DNA of 64,000 nucleotides, taken from the IMG/VR virus record IMGVR_UViG_3300035703_000020, positions 64,001 through 128,000 of that record, one strand, 5' to 3'. Of this stretch, positions 30,725-39,094 are shown piece by piece (positions within the stretch are counted from its first letter, which is position 1; the number at the start of each line of letters is the position of its first letter). The translations under genes were made by a program, and so were the position numbers. Below the pieces are notes generated by a model that worked only from the letters and a program-made list of their open reading frames with translations, was not told where the DNA came from and ran no database searches. Origin of the DNA: a virus.

Positions 30725-31243
30725 ATGGCGATACACGACAACATCTTCGACAACTTCAGCGAGGAGGCCCTCGAGGCGCTGGACTTCGCCCGTTGCCAGC
30801 GGGCCGACGGCTCCTACTACGGGACCTCGGGCCAGTGCCGCAAGGGCAAGGAGGCGGGCGACAGGCCGGCCGAGGCGCCCAAGGGCGACCGGGCGCCGGT
30901 GCTCAAGGACCGCATCGCCAAGGCTAAGGCGTCAGGTGACAAGAAGAAGCCTGAGATCGACGAGAGCAAGCTCTACAGGCTGAATCAGAAGCAGAACCAG
31001 CTGGCCGAGAGAATCGGGCGCGAGCGGTCCATGCTGGCCCGCATGAGCACGGGCAAGGCGGCTGCCGAGCTCCGCAAGCGGCGCGAGGACCGCATCAAGA
31101 AGCTCTCGCGGTCGCTCAAGCGGCTGGGCGAGCTGCGAACCGAGGCGAACAGGCGGCTCGACAAGGGCGCCAGGAAGTCCGGCAGGCCGAGGCCGCTGAT
31201 GGCCCCCAACTGGGGTACCAGCCCCGGGAGACCCACCAAGTAG
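30725..31243 (+). CDS. DFARC...CRKG-module protein, basic cargo
   Basis: N-terminal ~42 aa identical to the previous gene; unrelated K/R-rich C-terminus. Confidence 0.7.
   Translation: MAIHDNIFDNFSEEALEALDFARCQRADGSYYGTSGQCRKGKEAGDRPAEAPKGDRAPVLKDRIAKAKASGDKKKPEIDESKLYRLNQKQNQLAERIGRERSMLARMSTGKAAAELRKRREDRIKKLSRSLKRLGELRTEANRRLDKGARKSGRPRPLMAPNWGTSPGRPTK
30739..30863 (+). repeat. 125-bp exact direct repeat, copy 2
   Basis: Identical to 30141-30265. Confidence 0.9.
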
Positions 31244-31247
31244 GCCC

Positions 31248-31667
31248 ATGAACAACTTCGGACGCATCAACCCCGAGGCCCTCGAGTGGGCCGAGAACCC
31301 CGAGTGGGCCGAGAAGTACGGCGGCATCGACTTCCGCCCGCCCCAGTCCGTGGCTGACGCGGCGGCGCGCGGGCTCGAGCTGCGCAAGAAGACGGGCCGC
31401 GGCGGCTTCAGCACGAAGCAGGCGGCCGCCGAGGGCGTGGGCTCCGGCGTGCAGCGCGCCGCGTCGCTGAAGAACAGGCAGTCGCTGTCGCCGGCGACCA
31501 TCGGCCGCATGGTGAGCTTCTTCGCCCGCCACTCGGCGTACAAGAAGGACCACACGACGGACCCCCCGTCCAACAGCCTCATCTCGTGGCTGCTCTGGGG
31601 CGGCGACCCGGGCAGGGCCTGGGCCGAGAAGGTCAAGGCGCAGATGGACCGGGCCGATGAGAAGTAG
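31248..31667 (+). CDS. Conserved phage protein (head-associated, putative)
   Basis: PP..VA.AA.RGL...RA..L...LS..TI.RM.SFFARH...W.LWGGD.G..WA, a widespread phage domain. Confidence 0.6.
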   Translation: MNNFGRINPEALEWAENPEWAEKYGGIDFRPPQSVADAAARGLELRKKTGRGGFSTKQAAAEGVGSGVQRAASLKNRQSLSPATIGRMVSFFARHSAYKKDHTTDPPSNSLISWLLWGGDPGRAWAEKVKAQMDRADEK

Positions 31668-33096
31668 GCTACCGCAGCACGGCGGCTGGGACACCGGCCT
31701 CGAGGCGAAGGCCAGGGAGGTCCTCGCGCTCCGCTACTCTGAGTCGAACGGGCACCTGGACTACACGATCTGCCAGCGCGCGGACGACTCCCGGTACGGG
31801 ATCGGCGAGGGCAAGGAGTGCCGCAAGGGGAAGGAGGTCAGTCGCGAGGAGGTGCTCACGATGCTGACGCGCGAGGGGCTCGTGCGCACGGACAAGCAGC
31901 GCGAGAGGCTCAGGCAGCTCGACGACAAGACCCTTGCGAAGGTCGCCGACAGGGCGGTCACCCGCGCCGAGCAGGGCACGCTGAAGATCGCCGGGAAGAT
32001 CCAGGAGAAGCAGGGGCTCGACGAGGGGCAGGCCAAGCGCGCCGCCACGGCCGTCCGCGCGCTGAAGTACGACCCGTCCGGCAGCAAGAAGGAGGGCGGC
32101 GCCAACCTGCAGGACCCGGGCGAGGCCGCGAAGTACGCCGAGTTCTACGCGAACAAGCAGGACCTCAAGTACAAGTCGCCCTTCGACACCGACCCCAAGG
32201 TGGTCAAGGCGACGCTAGCGCAGCTCAAGGAGGAGATGCCGGCGTCCGACTACCAGAAGCTGATGACCGCCCTCGGCGGCAAGGGCAGCCCGACCAAGGA
32301 GCAGCTCGATGCCGCCGGTTGGAAGGGCCGCGGCGAGCGCGCCGAGGCCGTGCTCAAGTCCCTCATGGACAATGACTTCAAGGACGTCATGGGCAAGGAG
32401 CTGTCATGGCGCCAGGGCCTGCAGCTCGACCACAAGCGCGCCGGGTCCACCGGCGGCAGCGACCGCCCGGACAACTGGATCTGGATCTCGACCGCGTCGA
32501 ACCAGGTCAAGGGTGGCATGGAGGCCGCGGCCAAGAAGCGCCAGGGCACCGCGGTCGAGAAGGAGGACTTCATCCGCCGCGGGCTGATCGAGAAGCTCCA
32601 GGCCAACGCCAGGATGACGCCCGACCAGGTCCGCGAGGCCAAGGCCGCCGGGTCGATGGGCGCCTCGGCCAAGGCCGAGAAGGCCGCCGCCATGCGCGAC
32701 AATCTCCCGCTGATGACCCCGCAGCAGCGGGCAGAGCGGATCCGGGACGCCAGCATCGACGACCTGAAGGCCATGCTGAAGGGCTCCGTCAACCCGGACA
32801 AGACCAACCCGGCGACCGGCCGCAAGCCGTCCTACCGCCCCGTCCTCAGCGGCGGCGGCGGCGCGCGGGTCCGCAAGGACTACGGCACCGGCCCGCAGAT
32901 GAAGTCGCTGATGCGGCTGCGCTGGGGCGAGAAGCTCGAGGAGAACGACATCAAGAACATCGGCGCCATGCTCGGGGCGTCGACCGGCAGCACCAAGAGC
33001 GCCAAGGACAAGCTCGAGGAGCTCCTGGGCAACTTCCCGCCGACCAGTGGCCTGACGGCCGCCGAGCGGGTCGCGATCATCAAGGAGGCAGGCTGA
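31657..33096 (+). CDS. CRKG-module protein with internal HNH nuclease domain
   Basis: DYTICQRADDSRYG...CRKG; QLDHKRAG..GG.D.PDNW.W.....NQ.KG. Confidence 0.65.
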   Translation: MRSRLPQHGGWDTGLEAKAREVLALRYSESNGHLDYTICQRADDSRYGIGEGKECRKGKEVSREEVLTMLTREGLVRTDKQRERLRQLDDKTLAKVADRAVTRAEQGTLKIAGKIQEKQGLDEGQAKRAATAVRALKYDPSGSKKEGGANLQDPGEAAKYAEFYANKQDLKYKSPFDTDPKVVKATLAQLKEEMPASDYQKLMTALGGKGSPTKEQLDAAGWKGRGERAEAVLKSLMDNDFKDVMGKELSWRQGLQLDHKRAGSTGGSDRPDNWIWISTASNQVKGGMEAAAKKRQGTAVEKEDFIRRGLIEKLQANARMTPDQVREAKAAGSMGASAKAEKAAAMRDNLPLMTPQQRAERIRDASIDDLKAMLKGSVNPDKTNPATGRKPSYRPVLSGGGGARVRKDYGTGPQMKSLMRLRWGEKLEENDIKNIGAMLGASTGSTKSAKDKLEELLGNFPPTSGLTAAERVAIIKEAG

Positions 33097-33098
33097 CC

Positions 33099-35444
33099 AT
33101 GGCTAAACTGACGCAGCACGGCGCCTTCGACGCCGACAGTGAGAGGAGGGCCCGCGAGGAGCTCCTCACCGAATTCACCGAGGGCCGGTCCTGGGCGGAC
33201 GCTTGCGGCGACTGGTCGGCAGAGGACTTCGGCGAGATCGCGGACGGATTCGACTTCGCGCAGCTCTGCCAGAAGCCGGACGGCAAGATCTACGGGACCC
33301 AGGGCCAGTGCCGCAAGGGCACGCCCATCTCCTACCGCCCGGGCGACCGCCAGGGCGACGTCTACAACAAGGGCCGCGCGGCCGGCATGCGGGTCGAGTC
33401 GATCCTCGACGAGAACAAGCGCCTCCGCCTCGAGAAGGGCCTCAAGATGGTCAAGGGGCCCGAGGCGGTCCAGTCGCTCGTCCGCAGGCTGAACCAGCGG
33501 ATGGGCGTGGCGCAGAAGCCCGACGACCAGAAGAACGTCAAGACACCGGAGCAGGCGGCCAAGGCGGCCAAACCTCCCGAGACCCCGTCGCGCCAGGCGT
33601 CCCAGGCGCTGCGCGACCTAGTCAAGGCCGGCGACCGCCTCGACGCCAGGGCCGCGCAGAGCGCCGCAGACCGCCTTCAGGCGGCGAGGGCGGCGGCCGA
33701 GAAGCCCGCGTGGCAGCGGGAGCGGGACGTGATGAACAGGGGCCCAGCGGACCCCGCGGGGCAAGAAAAGCAGCTGAAGTTCAACCTCAGGGTCGCCCAG
33801 AACAAGGGGACGCAGTCGCAGATAGTCAGGGCGCAGAACGAGCTCCGCGAGTTCCGCAAGCAGCAGCGGATGGTCAAGGAGGCAGCCAGGCCAGGGGCCA
33901 AACCCGCGGCCGCCAAGCCCGCGGCTAACGCGGCGAAGGAGAAGCCCTCGATGCAGGTCAACGCGCGGTTCCTGAAGAAGGAGACGACGCAGAAGCTGCA
34001 GGAGTACCTCGACGGCCGCAAGCTGTACGCCTACCAGCGCAAGGCGATCGAGGAGGAGCTCAAGCGCCGCGAGAAGGCCGGCCAGGCCGACGTGCGCGTC
34101 CGCCGCGAGGCCCCCAAGGCAGCTGCCCCGAAGGCGTCTCTCGGCGACAGGGCGGCGCGCAAGGCCGCCATCGACGACGTCAACCGCCAGATCGAGGCCA
34201 TCCGCCGCCGGCGCAACGAGCCGGCCTACCAGAAGCCCGACCAGAAGAAGTTCCTCGACAGCCTGGAGATCGGGCTGGTCCGCCGCCGCATGGACATCGA
34301 GGCCGGCGTCGCCCTGCCGAAGGCCGGCGCGAAGTCCCTCAACGACACCTCAGCCCTGGCGAAGCGCGCGCTCCAGCCCGGCTCCGCCGGCCGCGAGGCC
34401 CGCCTGAAGCTCGGCGAGAAGGTCAGGCTCGAGCGCGCCAAGGCCGGCATCGGCCCGGAGGTCGCGTCGGCCAAGCCTGCCCGCGTCGACCAGAAGCTGC
34501 TCCAGGCTCCCACCGACAAGCTCCAGGCGATCCTCCGCCGGGGCGACCTCGGCGCCGGTCAGCGCAAGAAGATCGAGGAGGAGCTCGGCGGCCGCGGCGT
34601 GACGCCCGCAAGGCCCGTGAAGATCACCGCCGGCATGACCACCGACGCGGCCGTCAAGGCGGGCTGGAAGCTCGACCGCGCGGTCAGGGACTACGACCCG
34701 ATCGCCGTCTACAGCCAGACAGGCAACCAGCTGCTTGCGAAGGGCGCGTTCGGCGCCGCCTACCGCACCGACGGCCCGCCGCCCGGCGTCATCAAGCAGG
34801 GCAAGATCGGCGAGCACGAGGCGGAGGTCTGGCAGAAGCTGCAGGGCACCGGCCGCGTCCCCGAGTTCCACGGCGCCGTCGTCAGCCCGAACATGCGCGT
34901 CGTCGGCTCCGGCTACGGTGGCCACGTGAAGGAGGGCAGCGGCTACCTGGGCATCGGCGAGGCGAAGGGCGTCCCCGTGGCGAAGTACAGCCCGCGCACG
35001 AACGAGGAGAGGAACAAGGTCCTCGAGGAGTACATCCGCGCCCGCCGCGACATCCACCTAGCCGGCGTCGCCCACAACGACATGCACGGCAACAACGTCT
35101 TCTATGACAAGGCGACCGGCAGGATGCAGCTCATCGACTTCGGCCTGGCGCAGCCGAGCTACAAGGCCGCCCTCATGGAGGCCTTCGGCACCAACCAGGG
35201 CGACTGGCAGTCCGAGCGGTTCATCGGGAACTACTCGGGGCGCGGGGGCGAGGCGCCCGCCTACTACCGCTTCCGGCGGAACCAGGAGCGGGTCAACCGC
35301 GCGCTCGAGGAGCTCGACATCGACACCAACCGCATGCGCGGGATGGGCATCCGGAACAAGCCGGAGCACATCGACCGGGTCCTCAACGGGATGTCCGAGC
35401 AGGCCGCCAAGGCGTACGTAGAGATGCTGTACGAGGGCGTCTAG
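33099..35444 (+). CDS. CRKG-module protein with basic linker and C-terminal protein kinase domain
   Basis: True start MAKLTQHG; DFAQLCQKPDGKIYG..GQCRKG; KGAFGAAY, VIK, HNDMHGNN, LIDFG. Confidence 0.75.
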   Translation: MAKLTQHGAFDADSERRAREELLTEFTEGRSWADACGDWSAEDFGEIADGFDFAQLCQKPDGKIYGTQGQCRKGTPISYRPGDRQGDVYNKGRAAGMRVESILDENKRLRLEKGLKMVKGPEAVQSLVRRLNQRMGVAQKPDDQKNVKTPEQAAKAAKPPETPSRQASQALRDLVKAGDRLDARAAQSAADRLQAARAAAEKPAWQRERDVMNRGPADPAGQEKQLKFNLRVAQNKGTQSQIVRAQNELREFRKQQRMVKEAARPGAKPAAAKPAANAAKEKPSMQVNARFLKKETTQKLQEYLDGRKLYAYQRKAIEEELKRREKAGQADVRVRREAPKAAAPKASLGDRAARKAAIDDVNRQIEAIRRRRNEPAYQKPDQKKFLDSLEIGLVRRRMDIEAGVALPKAGAKSLNDTSALAKRALQPGSAGREARLKLGEKVRLERAKAGIGPEVASAKPARVDQKLLQAPTDKLQAILRRGDLGAGQRKKIEEELGGRGVTPARPVKITAGMTTDAAVKAGWKLDRAVRDYDPIAVYSQTGNQLLAKGAFGAAYRTDGPPPGVIKQGKIGEHEAEVWQKLQGTGRVPEFHGAVVSPNMRVVGSGYGGHVKEGSGYLGIGEAKGVPVAKYSPRTNEERNKVLEEYIRARRDIHLAGVAHNDMHGNNVFYDKATGRMQLIDFGLAQPSYKAALMEAFGTNQGDWQSERFIGNYSGRGGEAPAYYRFRRNQERVNRALEELDIDTNRMRGMGIRNKPEHIDRVLNGMSEQAAKAYVEMLYEGV

Positions 35445-35486
35445 CCCGCATAATACCACGAAGAGCACCGACACCCACACCACACC

Positions 35487-35642
35487 ATGGCCAGCAAGTA
35501 CGTGGAGCTGATGACCAAGCGCAAGGAGGCCCTGTTCAGGGGCGACGAGGCCACGGCCGAGAAGCTCCTGACCCTCGCCGAGAAGCTCGCGGAGCGCGGC
35601 AAGGTCTCCGACGACGAATTCCTCGCGGCAGCGTACCTATGA
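35487..35642 (+). CDS. Small hypothetical protein (51 aa, not in ORF track)
   Basis: MASKYVELMTKRKEALF...AAAYL*; ATGA overlap with the next gene. Confidence 0.55.
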   Translation: MASKYVELMTKRKEALFRGDEATAEKLLTLAEKLAERGKVSDDEFLAAAYL

Positions 35643-36250
35643 GCGGCCGAGCACCAGAGCAGCAGGTAGTCGACTACCTCGAGGCGGCCGGCTACAGGCC
35701 CGACTCCATCATCCGCTACCTCGAGGCGCAGGTCGCCCGCGAGTGGGCGTCCGCCGACTTCGCCGAGTGCGGACCGGGCGAGAAGATGACGTTCGGCGTC
35801 TGCCGCAAGATCGGTGAAGCCCCCGCGGCCCAGCCCGCGCAGCAGGGCGCCACGCCGGCGCAGCCCCGGGCTCAACAGCCAGGGCAGAGGGCGGCGGGCC
35901 AGCAGCCCAAGCCGAAGGAGGCGCAGAAGTCCGGCATGGAGGAGAAGCTCGAGAAGGCCGCGAAGGCTCAGGGCTCCGACGCCACCAACAACCGCAAGGT
36001 GGTGATCGACGGCAAGGCGTACGGCTGGGCGATCCAGAACGGCAAGCCGATCATGGTCGAGTGGGGCGCCGTCGCCGGCATCAAGAAGGTCGGGCCAAAG
36101 CAGGCCAAGCCCAAGCGCGGCGGCCGCCGCGGTGGCGCTGGCGGCGACAACGCGGGCCGCATCGCGGGACTGAAGAAGGCGCTCGAGAAGCAGGTCAACG
36201 AGGCCGGGCGCCAGGCCATCCTGAAGCAGATCCAGGAGCTGGGCGGGTAA
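35639..36250 (+). CDS. Protein with degenerate DFAEC...CRK module and basic cargo
   Basis: DFAECGPGEKMTFGVCRKIG followed by a Q/P/A linker and K/G-rich domain. Confidence 0.6.
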   Translation: MSGRAPEQQVVDYLEAAGYRPDSIIRYLEAQVAREWASADFAECGPGEKMTFGVCRKIGEAPAAQPAQQGATPAQPRAQQPGQRAAGQQPKPKEAQKSGMEEKLEKAAKAQGSDATNNRKVVIDGKAYGWAIQNGKPIMVEWGAVAGIKKVGPKQAKPKRGGRRGGAGGDNAGRIAGLKKALEKQVNEAGRQAILKQIQELGG

Positions 36251-36280
36251 GACACGCGGGTACCAACCCACGGAAACAAC

Positions 36281-37012
36281 ATGTCCGGATTCGGGAGCTT
36301 CTCGCAGGAGGCCTACGAGCAGCTGCGGCAAGCATACTCTGACCAGCTCCAGCGCGCAGACGAGATCGAGGAGGCCGGCGTCCAGATCGGCCAGGACAAG
36401 CTCGGCGTCGAGACCGCGCCCGTCCGCAGCGACTGGCTCGACAAGACCGGCCTCTGGAAGTACCCCGACGGCCGCGGCGAGCGCCAGGACGTCGAGCAGC
36501 GGCAGCAGGACCTCCTGGCCGCCCTCCGCGACGAGGACGGTAACCTCCCCGACAACGATGACGACGAGCAGGACCTCGACGCGATGTCCGACGAGGAGAT
36601 CGACGCCCTGATCAGCCAGGTCCTCGACGAGATCGACGGAGACGACGACGAGGAGGAGGAGGAGCCCGGCGGCGACGACCTCGTCTCCAGGATCCTCGAG
36701 GCCATCGGCGACGGCGGGCTGAGCGACGAGGAGATCGACGCCGCGATCGACCAGATCCTGGGCGAGGGCGACGCCGCCGAGGATGACGACGACGAGGGGG
36801 AGGAGAGCGACGAGCCGTCCGCCGACGAGATCGCGTCCAGGATCGCCGAGCTCAGGGCCGAGCTGGCCGCACTGTCCGAGGGCGGCGGGGACGAAGAAGA
36901 GGACGAGGACTACGAGCCCGAAGAAACTCAGGGCGACGAGGAGGAAACCGAACCCGACAACGACACCGACATCGAAGACGAGGAGGTGACCTCCGATGAT
37001 GAACCTAACTGA
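36281..37012 (+). CDS. Highly acidic protein (scaffold/core-like)
   Basis: D/E runs and SDEEIDA.I repeats; N-terminal GSFSQEAY...AYSD. Confidence 0.6.
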   Translation: MSGFGSFSQEAYEQLRQAYSDQLQRADEIEEAGVQIGQDKLGVETAPVRSDWLDKTGLWKYPDGRGERQDVEQRQQDLLAALRDEDGNLPDNDDDEQDLDAMSDEEIDALISQVLDEIDGDDDEEEEEPGGDDLVSRILEAIGDGGLSDEEIDAAIDQILGEGDAAEDDDDEGEESDEPSADEIASRIAELRAELAALSEGGGDEEEDEDYEPEETQGDEEETEPDNDTDIEDEEVTSDDEPN

Positions 37013-37481
37013 TACGCTCGTGGGGCAGGTCATCCCCGTCGACGCGCTCGAGGCCAACAAGAAGCGCCGCGAGCGGGTCGAAGCCCTGATCCCCAAGGAC
37101 CGCGACAACTACATCGTCGGCGACGACGTGATGCGCGAGATCATGGGCCGCAAGCGCGCCCGCATGGAGATGGCCCGCCAGAACCGGGTCAACTACCAGG
37201 AGGAGGCCTACGGCATCAACCACCGCGAGTGGTCCGGCGACATGCGCAAGGCGCTGTCCGAGGGCAAGATGAAGGGCGGCTTCGCCGGCCCCGACACGTC
37301 CTTCCCGATCGCGTCCCCAGGCGACGTGGCGGCGGCGTGGTCGTCCGTCGGCCGCGCCAAGGACCCCGACGCCACGATGCGGAAGATCATCAAGATCGCG
37401 AAGGACAACGGCTGGGAGCAGGGCCTGCCTAAGTCCGTCCGGGACCGCTTGAAGGCGGGCAAGTCCGGGCTCCCCGAGTAA
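36996..37481 (+). CDS. Conserved phage protein (DUF6582-like C-terminus)
   Basis: FAGPD.SFPI....DV.AAW...GRA motif. Confidence 0.5.
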   Translation: MMNLTDTLVGQVIPVDALEANKKRRERVEALIPKDRDNYIVGDDVMREIMGRKRARMEMARQNRVNYQEEAYGINHREWSGDMRKALSEGKMKGGFAGPDTSFPIASPGDVAAAWSSVGRAKDPDATMRKIIKIAKDNGWEQGLPKSVRDRLKAGKSGLPE

Positions 37482-37497
37482 CACACTGGAGGCAGCC

Positions 37498-37962
37498 ATG
37501 CCAACTTTCCTCGAACCACTCTACCCGGCCCTCGCCGGCATCCTGATCGGCGTCGCCACGATGGGCGCCAAGAAGGTGCTGGAGAAGGTCAACGCGCGCA
37601 AGTACGCGCCGCTCCTGGCCAAGGTCTACGACGTCGTCGACCCGCTGTTGGACAAGTACTACACAGGCTGGGACGGCAGCACGATCGACACCGTGCTGGA
37701 GCTCGCCTTCTACTCCGTCGGCGACGGCCAGCTGAGCAAGGAGGAGGCCCAGGCCGCCGTCCAGATGGCCAAGGAGAAGTTCCTGCCGGACGTCGCCAAG
37801 TCCAAGAAGCTCGACCCCAATACGCCTGAGGGCCGCAAGTCCCTCGAGATCGCCGAGATGGTGCTCAAGATGGAGGAGGGCGTGGACAAGGACAAGCTAG
37901 TCGACCTAGCCAAAGCATCGGTACCCCTCGAGCCCGCACAGCGGCTGCTCGGGCTGTTCTGA
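37498..37962 (+). CDS. Hypothetical protein with N-terminal hydrophobic segment
   Basis: GGAGG RBS; LAGILIGVATMG segment. Confidence 0.55.
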   Translation: MPTFLEPLYPALAGILIGVATMGAKKVLEKVNARKYAPLLAKVYDVVDPLLDKYYTGWDGSTIDTVLELAFYSVGDGQLSKEEAQAAVQMAKEKFLPDVAKSKKLDPNTPEGRKSLEIAEMVLKMEEGVDKDKLVDLAKASVPLEPAQRLLGLF

Positions 37963-37982
37963 TCTTGGAGACTTAGGCCACA

Positions 37983-38312
37983 GTGGAAGCGCTCGTTCTG
38001 CAGTTGATCGGCTCCGTCGTGCTCCCGTCCGTCATAGCGGTGGGCGGCGCGATCGGCTGGTTCAACATGGTGTCGTCCAAGCACATGGACGACAAGTTCA
38101 AGACGATCTCAGGCCAGATCACCTCCAACGACACTAAGATCGAGCGCGTCGAGCGGGACCTCCTCGAGATGCAGATGAAGCTCCCCAAGGAGTTCGTCAT
38201 GCGCGAGGAGTTCATCGCCCGGATGAGCGACGGCGCCAAGAAGATGGACTACCTCGTGGAGCAGGTCGACGCCATCAAGAACATGCTGATGTTCGGGAGG
38301 GAGAAGCAGTGA
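37983..38312 (+). CDS. Membrane protein, one TM helix plus coiled coil (holin-like, putative)
   Basis: N-terminal hydrophobic helix followed by a heptad-rich region. Confidence 0.45.
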   Translation: MEALVLQLIGSVVLPSVIAVGGAIGWFNMVSSKHMDDKFKTISGQITSNDTKIERVERDLLEMQMKLPKEFVMREEFIARMSDGAKKMDYLVEQVDAIKNMLMFGREKQ

Positions 38313-38473
38313 TGCGCGACATCTGCGCGAGGAGCAAGTCCTCGGGCAAGACGTGGGAGCAGCGCCGCGACTCCCTCAGGAAGAACCTCTCGGCGCAGGG
38401 CTTCGCGCCCGACTCAGTTGAAAAGGTTCTCTCGATGCTCTTCGAGAGGTGCATTAAAAAATTGCCCCAGTAG
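38312..38473 (+). CDS. Small hypothetical protein (53 aa, not in ORF track)
   Basis: TGATG coupling; MRDICARSKSSG...KKLPQ*. Confidence 0.45.
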   Translation: MRDICARSKSSGKTWEQRRDSLRKNLSAQGFAPDSVEKVLSMLFERCIKKLPQ

Positions 38474-38479
38474 CACACC

Positions 38480-39094
38480 ATGCCAGTCAAGAAGGGAAAG
38501 GGCTGCGTCGCCGACGTCATGCGTGAGTGGAAGGCAGGCCAGCTCCACTCCGGCGAGGACGGCAAGGTCGTCAAGGACCAGAAGCAGGCGGTCGCCATCG
38601 CCCTGTCGATGTGCGGCGGCAGCCGCGAGAAGGCCAAGTCGTACGAGGAGTACGCCAACAGCCTGGTCGACGAGGTGAAGGACACCTACGCCGAGAAGTG
38701 CGGCTGCAAGCACAAGAAGGGCACGAAGGAGTACGGTGAGTGCAACTGCGGCTGCAAGGGCTGCAAGCGCCGCGCGATGGCCATCGGCTACCCCACCCCG
38801 ACCTTCGGCGAGGAGGAGACGATCGGCATGATCCGCACCCGCCTCAAGGTCATGCACGGCCGCCTGTCCGACATCGAGCGGGCGATCGAGATGGCGATGA
38901 TGCGGGGTAGCGAGATCGAGATGGAGCCCTGGATGATCGACAAGATCACCCTGGCCGCAGACTACCTCTCGGCGGTCGCCGATAACGCCGTGTACGGCGA
39001 CGGCATCGAGGTCGAGATGGAGAACGAGGGCGAGGAGGAGGAGGGCGGTTACGCGCAGTTCCGCCGCTTCGGGTACGCCGAGGGAAAGGGCTGA
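38480..39094 (+). CDS. Multi-module phage protein (DUF6496-like N-terminus, Cys cluster, W..KIT.A.DY module)
   Basis: VMREWKAG.LHSG..GKVV....QAVAIALS; ends at a G GGA AAG GGC TGA slippery site. Confidence 0.6.
   Translation: MPVKKGKGCVADVMREWKAGQLHSGEDGKVVKDQKQAVAIALSMCGGSREKAKSYEEYANSLVDEVKDTYAEKCGCKHKKGTKEYGECNCGCKGCKRRAMAIGYPTPTFGEEETIGMIRTRLKVMHGRLSDIERAIEMAMMRGSEIEMEPWMIDKITLAADYLSAVADNAVYGDGIEVEMENEGEEEEGGYAQFRRFGYAEGKG
39082..39088 (+). other. Putative -1 programmed ribosomal frameshift site G GGA AAG
   Basis: Correctly phased X XXY YYZ heptamer one codon before the stop; the -1 frame is open to 39546. Confidence 0.6.

Noticed and set aside
30141-30863. 125-bp repeat as a diversity-generating retroelement TR/VR pair or CRISPR unit
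   Set aside because: The copies are identical with no adenine-specific mismatches, lie at 5' ends of genes, number only two, and no reverse transcriptase or cas gene is visible.
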